DNA of 39,415 bases. It comes from a virus. Under the pieces are notes generated by a model. That model searched no databases. It was not told the DNA's origin and was given only the letters and a program-made list of their open reading frames with translations. The stretch's first letter is position 1, and each line of letters opens with the position of its first letter. The stretch is taken from the UHGV virus genome UHGV-0176211; one strand, given 5' to 3'. This document shows positions 10,554 through 18,669 of this stretch, in pieces. The translations under genes were made by a program, and so were the position numbers.

Positions 10554-11254
10554 TGGCTGATTCGAATCTCAATGAGCCGGTAATCATTCAGGCTACACGG
10601 CTCGACACATCAATCCTTCCACGCAATATCTTCTCGCAGTCTTACCTGCTGTATGTCATTAATCAGGGGGCTGATGTCGGCGCAATTGCCAGCAAGGCCA
10701 ACGAGGCTGGTCGGGGCGCTTACGATGCTCAGGTGAAAAACGATAAACAGGACGTTGATCTGGCAGATCACGACGCAAGAATCACCGCAAACACAAAAGC
10801 GATAAATCTCCTTGAGGTCAGGTTAACAACCGCCGAAGGGAAGATAGTCGTACTGCGTAGCGATGTTGATTACTTGCTTGACGAGGTTATCGATATTCAG
10901 GCGCATCTGGTCACTGTTGACCAAAGACTGGATGGCGTAGAAAGTGATGTATCTGACATTAAGAGTGATTACGTATCGAAAACTGTAACCGAATCGCAGT
11001 CTCTTGCGTCACCGCTGGATGTAAAAACATCATATTCAGTTGATGGAATTCAGGTTGTTGGAGCAAGGCAGACCGGATGGACTGCGGCCACAGGTACGCC
11101 ACTTCTTGGCTCATTCGACGCAAACCAGTCATACACTGTCGGCACTACGTACACACAATCCGAAGTCGCGGATCTCGCTACAGGTTTGGAGGAGGCGCGG
11201 CAGCGTATTCTTGCGCTTGAAACAGCACTTAGATTGCATGGGCTTATTGACTGA
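10553..11254 (+). CDS. Tail needle protein (P22 gp26-like)
   Basis: 233 aa; N-terminus [28 protein letters not shown] and C-terminus LRLHGLID closely match my recollection of P22 gp26. Confidence 0.85.
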   Translation: MADSNLNEPVIIQATRLDTSILPRNIFSQSYLLYVINQGADVGAIASKANEAGRGAYDAQVKNDKQDVDLADHDARITANTKAINLLEVRLTTAEGKIVVLRSDVDYLLDEVIDIQAHLVTVDQRLDGVESDVSDIKSDYVSKTVTESQSLASPLDVKTSYSVDGIQVVGARQTGWTAATGTPLLGSFDANQSYTVGTTYTQSEVADLATGLEEARQRILALETALRLHGLID

Positions 11255-11709
11255 TGATTACATTCAAACCAACGCGAAACATCGACCTGATCGAAACAGT
11301 CGGGAATCACCCTGACATTATTGCCGGGAGCAACAACGGTGATGGATATGACTACAAACCTGAATGCCGTTACTTTGAGGTGAACGTGCACGGGCAGTTT
11401 GGCGGCATTGTTTACTATCAGGAGATTCAGCCGCTTACATTCGATTGCCACGCCATGTACCTGCCAGAGATTCGTGGCTTCAGCAAGGAAATCGGGCTGG
11501 CGTTCTGGCGATACATTCTGACTAACACCACCGTTCAGTGCGTCACATCGTTCGCTGCACGCAAATTCCGCCACGGGCAGATGTACTGCGCAATGATTGG
11601 CCTTAAGCGTGTAGGAACCATCAAGAAATACTTCAAAGGCGTGGATGACGTGACGTTTTACAGCGCCACACGCGAAGAACTAATCGACTTCCTGAATCAC
11701 GGGAGATAG
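11254..11709 (+). CDS. P22 gp14-like virion-associated protein
   Basis: 151 aa; assigned by position after the needle gene. Confidence 0.5.
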   Translation: MITFKPTRNIDLIETVGNHPDIIAGSNNGDGYDYKPECRYFEVNVHGQFGGIVYYQEIQPLTFDCHAMYLPEIRGFSKEIGLAFWRYILTNTTVQCVTSFAARKFRHGQMYCAMIGLKRVGTIKKYFKGVDDVTFYSATREELIDFLNHGR

Positions 11710-11711
11710 CC

Positions 11712-12407
11712 ATGTTATATGCATTTAAGCTGGGCAGAAAACTGCGCGTCGAGGAACCTTATTTCCCTGAAAAAGGCGGGAAAGGTGGTAGCTCTGATAA
11801 AAGCGCAAAGTATGCAGCAGAAGCTCAGAAGTATGCCGCAGACATGCAAAATCAGCAGTGGCAGACGATCATGAAAAACCTTGCTCCATTCACGCCACTC
11901 GCTAAGCAGTACGTATCACAATTGCAGAATCTTTCCTCTCTTCAGGGGCAAGGTCAGGCGCTTAACCAGTATTACAACTCTCAGCAGTATAAAGACCTTG
12001 CCGATCAGGCTCGCTATCAGAGTCTGGCGGCAGCGGAAGCAACAGGTGGATTAGGTTCCACTGCAACCGGTAATCAGTTAGCAACAATCGCGCCAACGCT
12101 TGGTCAGCAGTGGCTATCTGGTCAGATGAACAACTACAACAACCTGGCAAACATTGGTCTTGGCGCACTGCAAGGTCAGGCAAACGCCGGGCAGACATAT
12201 GCCAACAACATGAGTCAGATTTCGCAGCAAAGTGCGGCCCTTGCCGCTGCTAATGCCAATAAACCATCAGGTCTTCAGACAGCAATTAGCGGCGGAGCTT
12301 CAGGGGCTATGACTGGCGCTGCTCTTGGCTCTATTGTCCCCGGACTTGGCACTGGATTAGGTGCGGCAATTGGCGGCGGACTTGGCCTGCTTGGCTCGTT
12401 GTTTTAA
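11712..12407 (+). CDS. Ejection (internal virion) protein, gp7-like
   Basis: 231 aa with Gly-rich hydrophobic C-terminus; position. Confidence 0.55.
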   Translation: MLYAFKLGRKLRVEEPYFPEKGGKGGSSDKSAKYAAEAQKYAADMQNQQWQTIMKNLAPFTPLAKQYVSQLQNLSSLQGQGQALNQYYNSQQYKDLADQARYQSLAAAEATGGLGSTATGNQLATIAPTLGQQWLSGQMNNYNNLANIGLGALQGQANAGQTYANNMSQISQQSAALAAANANKPSGLQTAISGGASGAMTGAALGSIVPGLGTGLGAAIGGGLGLLGSLF

Positions 12408-12410
12408 GGG

Positions 12411-13754
12411 GTGATCATGGCTACTTGGCAACAGGGTATTAATTCTGGTGGTTTTCTGGGTGGAATCGGTACGCAAAACGAGAATGCGCCAAAGGCAGGC
12501 GACATTAACGCAACGCTTGGTCTGATCCGCGAAAACAATGAACTGACTCGCTCAGGTGCAAATAACGTTGGGCTGACTGCTTTGCAAGGCCTTTCAGGTA
12601 TTGCGGGGGTGTTTCAGCAGGAAAAGCAGGCTCAGCGGCAGAAAGAATTTCAGCAGGCATACGCTAATGCTTATGCGTCTGGTGATCGCGGTGCTTTGCG
12701 TCAGTTGGCTGCTCAATATCCAGAACAGATTGAATCCGTTCGTAAAGGCATGGGATTCATTGATGAAGACCAGCGTAATTCTATCGGCACCTTAGCGGCT
12801 GGCGCACGTCTTGCGTCATCTTCTCCAGAAGCAATGCAATCATGGCTGCAAAACAACGCCGGTGAGTTAGCTCGTGTTGGCGTTAATCCTCAGGACGTCG
12901 CTCAGATGTACCAACAGAACCCGCAGCAGTTCGGCGAATTTGTCGATCACCTGGGGATTAACAGTCTCGGCCCCGAAAAATACTTTGACCTACAGGATAA
13001 AATGCAGGGTCGCCAGGTGACAATGCGCGGTCAGGATCTGAACTCGCAAACCGCCGCCCGGAATCAGGCAATCACAATGCGCGGGCAAGATATTCAGGCG
13101 AATTTAGGTCAGCAGCGCATTAATCTGGACGCAGAAACAAACCGCATTAACAACGAAAATAAGCGCCTTGACCGGATGCTATTATCAGAAAATAACGACA
13201 TAAAGCGACAGGAAATACAGAGCCGCATAGCAGCCAACAACCAGAAGTTGCAGCAGAAGCAGCAAGAGCTAAATGATGGCTACAAAGACGGCATAAACAC
13301 CATCACAACCAGCATGTCCACTCTGAACGATGTCGTTAATTCTCCTGCACTTAAGAGCATTACAGGCTTACGTGGAGCAATCCCCAACGTTCCAGGCTCA
13401 CAAGCTGCAGACACTCAGGCGCGACTTGATACCTTTAAATCCCAAGCATTCCTGACAGCGGTTCAGGCCATGCGAGGCATGGGCGCACTTTCTGATGCCG
13501 AGGGCAAAAAGCTCGACCAGGCTGTTGGTTCGCTGCAGAACTCGCAGAGCGAGGAGTCCTTTCGTCGCAACGCTGGCGTCATCCTGAACACGCTCAACCA
13601 GAAGCGTAATGAGGCGGTTGGTCAGTACGTTCAGCAAAACGGTATCAAGCGAGTGGAAGCGCCTCAGGCTTCTATAGATTACCTGAAGCAGCACCCCGAG
13701 CTGTCAATCGACTTCATTAATCGCTACGGATATCTTCCATCTTTGGGGCAGTAA
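12411..13754 (+). CDS. Ejection protein, gp20-like
   Basis: 447 aa, Gln/Asn-rich coiled-coil-like; position. Confidence 0.55.
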   Translation: MIMATWQQGINSGGFLGGIGTQNENAPKAGDINATLGLIRENNELTRSGANNVGLTALQGLSGIAGVFQQEKQAQRQKEFQQAYANAYASGDRGALRQLAAQYPEQIESVRKGMGFIDEDQRNSIGTLAAGARLASSSPEAMQSWLQNNAGELARVGVNPQDVAQMYQQNPQQFGEFVDHLGINSLGPEKYFDLQDKMQGRQVTMRGQDLNSQTAARNQAITMRGQDIQANLGQQRINLDAETNRINNENKRLDRMLLSENNDIKRQEIQSRIAANNQKLQQKQQELNDGYKDGINTITTSMSTLNDVVNSPALKSITGLRGAIPNVPGSQAADTQARLDTFKSQAFLTAVQAMRGMGALSDAEGKKLDQAVGSLQNSQSEESFRRNAGVILNTLNQKRNEAVGQYVQQNGIKRVEAPQASIDYLKQHPELSIDFINRYGYLPSLGQ

Positions 13755-16148
13755 ATGGCTAATTACCGTGATTTGTTAGAGCAGGCTGGCGCACGTTACG
13801 GTGTGCCAGAAGGGTTGATGACTGCACTGGGTGCCAAGGAGTCTTCTTACAACCCTGCCGCAGTAAGCTCCGCCGGGGCTGTAGGATTGACTCAGGTCAT
13901 GCCTGGGACATGGCGTGATATGGGTTATACCGATGAGCAAATGCAAAACCCCGAATATCAGGCTGACGCTGGCGCGCGCTATCTGGCAAAGATGTACCAG
14001 CAGTTTGGTAATTGGCGTGACGCTCTTCAGGCTTATCACGACGGTCCAGGCAACGTCATGAAGGCAAAGCGTGGTGAATATACTCCGGGGCCTGAGGGCC
14101 GCGGTTACGTTGATGATCGCTTTGCTCAATGGACGGGTGACCCGGTGACAGACTCAACAGTCGAACAGCGCGCCACCTCTGCAAAGGTGCATCCTCAGCA
14201 AGACCCTAACAACCCGTTTGCACAACTGGAAGTACAGTCATCCGAACAAGTATCTGCATCAGGTGTGCAGTCAGACCCAAACAATCCATTTGCTCAGATT
14301 GAGCAGCAGGCAGCCAGTCAGCAGCCACCTCAACCCGTAAGTTCTGTCGCGCCGAAACCTGTTCAGCAACAAGACGGAATAATGTCTGACCTTGGTAATG
14401 GATTTGCTGAAACAGGGCGCGGCTTACTACAGGCAGGAATCAACGTAGCGAACATACCTGCTGAACTCACTGATGCTGTAGCAAGCGCGGCGGCTTGGGC
14501 TGGCGGTAAACTCGGCATTGGAGATGGTACATATCAACCAGCGCCACGAGTAACAACGCAGGGATTAGAGCAGGACTTTGGCCTTCAGCAAGGCGCGCTG
14601 ACTCCACAAACAACAGAGGGAAGGGTATTTGCTGAAGCATTGCCTTACCTCACTCCTGCTGGCGTTGAGAGAGTGGCGGTACAGGCACCAACACTTGCTG
14701 GTCGAATTGCTCAGGGGGCAACTCGCCTTCTAGCAGAAAACGCAGTTGGATCACTTGCTGCAAATAGTGCGAAAGATGATGCGGAAGCACTCGCTACCGA
14801 TTTAGGCGTTGGCGTGCTGGCTGGCGGTGCTATTAACGCTGCCGGGCGTGGATTAGGCGCTGCTTATCGTGGCGTTCGTGGTGCTATTGCACCAGAAGCG
14901 CAGCAAGCTATCAGATTTGCAGAGCGTGAAGGGGTGCCCCTGCACACCACAGACCTGTTACAGCCTACTTCCCGCGTCGGAAAAATGGCGCAAACGACAG
15001 CAGAAAATATCCCTCTTGCTGGCACAAGCAGAATGAGAGCAACGCAACAGGAAGCGAGAAGCCAGTTGGTGCAGAGATTTGCTGATAAATTCGGTGAGTA
15101 TGATCCAGCGGTTGTTATTGACAGCCTTAAAGCGAAAACATCAGGAATTCGTCGTGCTGCCGGTAATAGACTGGAGCAGGTTCAGAATGCTATGGCTGGA
15201 GTAAACATTCAGCCTGTGCGAGCAATTCAGCAGATTGATACAGAAATATCTAATCTGCAGAAGCTTGGTAAGGTCGCTGATAACGAGACGATTTCAAAAC
15301 TTCAGTCATATCGTGATGAGCTTGTTCGCAATGCTGGTCCTGATGGTCCGGTCAATCTGGATTTGAAGCAATTAAGCGATCTGCGCAGCCAGTTCAGAAT
15401 GGACGTGAAGGGTGAGCGACCAGTGTTACCAAACCGTTCCGATGCCGCCATTCAGCGCGTTTACAAGGCAATGACTGGCGATATCAATGGTGCCATTGGT
15501 CAGAATCTTGGCAACGATACTCTCCGTAAATACCAGCAGGCCAATGCCGTCTACGCTGACGAAGCGGCGAAACTAAAGAACACCAGGCTGAAGAATGTTC
15601 TCATGAAAGGCGATCTGACGCCGGAAGTTGTCAATAACATGCTATTCAGCAAGAACAAATCTGAAATTAAGGCGCTGTATAACTCAGTTGGTCGTGTTGG
15701 CAGGGCGCAAATGCGCAATGGCATCATTGGGAAGGCGATGGAGAAATCTGGTGGATCTCCTGATCAGTTCCTTCGGCAGCTTAACATCCTGCAAAACCAG
15801 ACTGGCATCACATTTAAAGGGCAGGAAGCTGCTTATCTGAAAGGATTGAAAAACTACCTGCAATCCACGCAGCAGGCTGCAAAAGCGGCAGTAACAACAC
15901 CAACAGGACAACAAACCATCCCGTTCATTATTTGGTATGGTACGGCAATGAATCAGTTGACAACTGGCGCAACAGTAAGCTACGGACTTCTCGCTCGCGC
16001 CTATGAGAGCGAGCCATTCAGAAATGCAATGCTACGAATGGCAAACACCCCACGCGGCTCAACAGCGTTTGAGAAAGCCATACAGCAGGCGCAAAAGGCC
16101 ATTAACGCCCTTACTCAGGGCGCCAAGTCTGATGCGTTGTCAGAATAG
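13755..16148 (+). CDS. Ejection protein, gp16-like, with N-terminal lytic transglycosylase domain
   Basis: 797 aa; N-terminal ~110 aa has SLT-like motifs (AKESSYNP, GLTQVMPGTW, AYHDGPG). Confidence 0.65.
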   Translation: MANYRDLLEQAGARYGVPEGLMTALGAKESSYNPAAVSSAGAVGLTQVMPGTWRDMGYTDEQMQNPEYQADAGARYLAKMYQQFGNWRDALQAYHDGPGNVMKAKRGEYTPGPEGRGYVDDRFAQWTGDPVTDSTVEQRATSAKVHPQQDPNNPFAQLEVQSSEQVSASGVQSDPNNPFAQIEQQAASQQPPQPVSSVAPKPVQQQDGIMSDLGNGFAETGRGLLQAGINVANIPAELTDAVASAAAWAGGKLGIGDGTYQPAPRVTTQGLEQDFGLQQGALTPQTTEGRVFAEALPYLTPAGVERVAVQAPTLAGRIAQGATRLLAENAVGSLAANSAKDDAEALATDLGVGVLAGGAINAAGRGLGAAYRGVRGAIAPEAQQAIRFAEREGVPLHTTDLLQPTSRVGKMAQTTAENIPLAGTSRMRATQQEARSQLVQRFADKFGEYDPAVVIDSLKAKTSGIRRAAGNRLEQVQNAMAGVNIQPVRAIQQIDTEISNLQKLGKVADNETISKLQSYRDELVRNAGPDGPVNLDLKQLSDLRSQFRMDVKGERPVLPNRSDAAIQRVYKAMTGDINGAIGQNLGNDTLRKYQQANAVYADEAAKLKNTRLKNVLMKGDLTPEVVNNMLFSKNKSEIKALYNSVGRVGRAQMRNGIIGKAMEKSGGSPDQFLRQLNILQNQTGITFKGQEAAYLKGLKNYLQSTQQAAKAAVTTPTGQQTIPFIIWYGTAMNQLTTGATVSYGLLARAYESEPFRNAMLRMANTPRGSTAFEKAIQQAQKAINALTQGAKSDALSE

Positions 16149-16237
16149 TTTTTCAAGCACAAGGAACGTGCAAAAGCCAAATATGTAGAACGCAAGATTC
16201 AGCATGTCTCTGTTCATAAATCCTCCACAACGGATTG

Positions 16238-16723
16238 TTATCTGATGTTACTGCTACTGTTGCATGTGACTGTATTTCCAAACCCTGAATTGCAGTTTGT
16301 ATAGGTGTCAACACGCGTTGGGTAAGGTTGAGTTATAACAGGCTGTCTGGCTTTTTGCTCGATCGCTTGCATTGTGTTTAAAGCCTGATAATTCAATAAA
16401 GCCTGCTGAAATGCCTGGCTTTGCGCTATTTGCTGGGCTTGTTCTTGGGCTTGCAATTGAACATAAAGATTCTGAAGCTCAAGTCTTGCCTGCGCGTTAC
16501 TTATCTTGCCTTCATCGACACCTTGCCCGAGCATCTTCGCAGCAAGGACATACAGTTTAGGTGTTGGTGCTGACGCCATGCGTGAGTCGCTCTTCACGCT
16601 GGCATCAAGGCAAGTGGCCATATCGCTAAGCTTTTGATAGCGTTGTTCGCAATTTGCCTGATAGTCACTTACTTTTGCACATCCAACCAGCAGAAACGGG
16701 ATAATTAACAGTGCCTTTTTCAT
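16238..16723 (-). CDS. Lipoprotein (candidate superinfection-exclusion / moron)
   Basis: Signal peptide MKKALLIIPFLLVGC with lipobox LVGC, Gln-rich coiled-coil body; start taken at internal Met (track ORF 16238..16741). Confidence 0.6.
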   Translation of the reverse strand: MKKALLIIPFLLVGCAKVSDYQANCEQRYQKLSDMATCLDASVKSDSRMASAPTPKLYVLAAKMLGQGVDEGKISNAQARLELQNLYVQLQAQEQAQQIAQSQAFQQALLNYQALNTMQAIEQKARQPVITQPYPTRVDTYTNCNSGFGNTVTCNSSSNIR

Positions 16724-16744
16724 ATTGGTAACCCTCATCATTTT

Positions 16745-17401
16745 TTAAGCTCTTGCAATCTTCTCAGCGCATTTACGCACAACTCGCGGTATCGTCTCTT
16801 TCAGCTCATCCCACGAGTTGACAAACTCCATATCAAGAGCCTGAACAAGAGACTTCTGTATCTCGCTGCGCAACTGGTTGGTTTTTGCATCCTGAGAATC
16901 CCAGGTATCAAACCCGGTAACTTCACGGATATCTATCGATTCCTTAACCACCTTTGCAACCTGAATGAAATGACCACTATGACCAATCCTACCTTCTGTA
17001 CGCTCAAGCATCCGACTAACTGCTGCGTTAAGCTCCACAAAACTTGCCGCACCAATGTTTCGCAACTCGACCTGTCTCTGGGTGATAAAACGATCAATGA
17101 CGAGAAAGTGGAAATAAGTGCTGTACTGCTCGGCGACATACACCGCCAGATGGAGACTTAGCCACGTTTTCCCATTCCTTCCTCTCGTTGTTTTTAACGG
17201 AATAATACCAGTCTCCTCTTCACAAACACGCATGAAGTCTTTGCAGTCATCCGTTTTCAGTATCTGAGCAAGATTTCTTGGTTGAAGACCGTTATCAAAT
17301 CTCCATCGGTTCATTTGAACGGTTAGTGTTGACGCATCGATATACTCATCTCTGGTGAACTCGACTTCACCGTATGGGAACTCTAAAGTCTGCACTTTCA
17401 T
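16745..17401 (-). CDS. KilA-N / BRO-N-like DNA-binding domain protein
   Basis: 218 aa; GKTWLSLHLAVYVAEQYSTYFHFLV resembles the KilA-N core; GGAGAA RBS; family tentative. Confidence 0.4.
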   Translation of the reverse strand: MKVQTLEFPYGEVEFTRDEYIDASTLTVQMNRWRFDNGLQPRNLAQILKTDDCKDFMRVCEEETGIIPLKTTRGRNGKTWLSLHLAVYVAEQYSTYFHFLVIDRFITQRQVELRNIGAASFVELNAAVSRMLERTEGRIGHSGHFIQVAKVVKESIDIREVTGFDTWDSQDAKTNQLRSEIQKSLVQALDMEFVNSWDELKETIPRVVRKCAEKIARA

Positions 17402-17432
17402 ATCTTTTTCTCCAATTAATTACCTCACTTAA

Positions 17433-17462
17433 ATTATATTCCTAATTTATTTGTTTATGCAA
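17433..17462 (-). promoter_or_regulatory. Sigma70-like promoter for the leftward lipoprotein operon
   Basis: On minus strand: TTGCAT, 18-nt spacer, TATAAT, about 30 nt upstream of the 16745..17401 gene start. Confidence 0.5.
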
Positions 17463-17556
17463 CCATTAATACACAAAATTAGAGCAAATTAGACTTTTTA
17501 GGTGTTTGTGTGTGAACAATCTCTGCCATGCCATCACTCCAAGTTAGTGCGCTGGC

Positions 17557-17589
17557 ATGATAGAATCACTCTACTATATTCTCAATAGG
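17557..17589. promoter_or_regulatory. Arc operator / Pant-like region
   Basis: ATGATAGAATCACTCTACTATATTCTCAATAGG differs by about one base from the P22 Arc operator as I recall it; lies ~40 nt upstream of arc. Confidence 0.6.
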
Positions 17590-17618
17590 TCCACTGTGGG
17601 CCGTGCTGTGAGGTGAAT

Positions 17619-17777
17619 ATGAAAGGAATGAGCAAGATGCCGCAGTTCAATTTGCGGTGGCCTAAAGAAGTGTTGGATTTGGTACGCAAGGTGGCGGAAG
17701 AGAATGGTCGATCTGTTAACTCTGAGATTTATCAGAGAGTAATTGCCAGTCTTAAGAAGGAAGGGCGCATTAGCTAG
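17619..17777 (+). CDS. arc: Arc repressor (ribbon-helix-helix)
   Basis: 52-aa ORF read by eye, MKGMSKMPQFNLRWPKEVLDLVRKVAEENGRSVNSEIYQRV..., near-identical to P22 Arc as recalled; below ORF-track cutoff. Confidence 0.85.
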   Translation: MKGMSKMPQFNLRWPKEVLDLVRKVAEENGRSVNSEIYQRVIASLKKEGRIS

Positions 17778-18024
17778 AATACCTCTTCCGGCAATAGAAG
17801 AGCATTACTACTCAGCAAGGGAGGTTGCAGAGAATCTTGGAGTAACAGCCAACAAGATTGGTCGCATTGCTAACGCAAACAACCTCAAAACTGAGCGGTA
17901 CGGGAAGTTCTTTCTGGATAAATCGTCGCACTCCAGCAAACAGGTAGAGGCGTTCCGTTACAATTCTGAAGGCGTTAAGGCACTACAACACCTGCTAAAT
18001 TTCACGGCGTTTCCTGTCGATTGA
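17743..18024 (+). CDS. Hypothetical HTH-like protein at the ant position (possible remnant)
   Basis: 93-aa ORF whose only ATG lies inside arc in another frame; contains AREVAENLGVTANKIGRIA HTH-like segment; far shorter than P22 Ant (~300 aa). Confidence 0.3.
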   Translation: MPVLRRKGALARIPLPAIEEHYYSAREVAENLGVTANKIGRIANANNLKTERYGKFFLDKSSHSSKQVEAFRYNSEGVKALQHLLNFTAFPVD

Positions 18025-18061
18025 CAGCATGATTGAATTGGTATACATAACAAACGTAACG

Positions 18062-18084
18062 ACCCAGCTTCGGCTGGGTTTTTT
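18062..18084 (+). terminator. Rho-independent terminator
   Basis: ACCCAGC-TTCG-GCTGGGT hairpin followed by TTTTT. Confidence 0.7.
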
Positions 18085-18152
18085 ATGCCAAAAACTCACC
18101 GTAGCCACTCCGTGGCGGTTCCTTGTATATGGAGCAAATTAAATGACAAACA

Positions 18153-18656
18153 TTACAGCCCCAACAGATGGTCAGCAACCATGTTTGCTGCCTTATAAGC
18201 TATAGCTGCCTCATCAATGGTGTTGAATCTCCCAAGAGTTATGTTTTTACCTGAGAGATGTATCTGAGCTTGCCATTGATTTCTGGCTTGACAGAAAGTT
18301 ACCCCCTTGATTCCAGTATTGCTATTTCGAGGTCCGACATTTAACGCATTTACGACCCTGCTAACATCTCTAAGGTTTGAGATTGCGTTATTTCTTCTGT
18401 TTCTATCAATGTGGTCAATCTCTTGTTTTGGCCATTCGCCATATACATACAGCCAGGCAAGTCTATGTGCAAAATATCTTACGCCATCAATACTAATTGC
18501 GTTATACCCACAAGGAGTGATTGTGCCAGCAGCTTTACCAACAGCGCCTCTGGCGCTTAATTTCTTTTTCCAGGTGAAAATTCCTGTTTCTTTATTGTAA
18601 TCTAGAACCTCCATAAGGCGCTCCCGAGTTACTACCTCGTGACGTCTCTTACTCAT
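18153..18656 (-). CDS. HNH endonuclease with AP2-like DNA-binding domain (homing-endonuclease-like)
   Basis: 167 aa; HNH motif [18 protein letters not shown] and AP2-like segment [37 protein letters not shown]. Confidence 0.8.
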   Translation of the reverse strand: MSKRRHEVVTRERLMEVLDYNKETGIFTWKKKLSARGAVGKAAGTITPCGYNAISIDGVRYFAHRLAWLYVYGEWPKQEIDHIDRNRRNNAISNLRDVSRVVNALNVGPRNSNTGIKGVTFCQARNQWQAQIHLSGKNITLGRFNTIDEAAIAYKAANMVADHLLGL

Positions 18657-18669
18657 TATTTTCTCCGGA

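Noticed and set aside
17743-17777. Start of the 93-aa ORF inside arc taken as evidence of a translationally fused Arc-Ant product
   Set aside because: The two are in different frames; the overlap only reflects that the ORF has no other ATG. Kept as a low-confidence feature instead.
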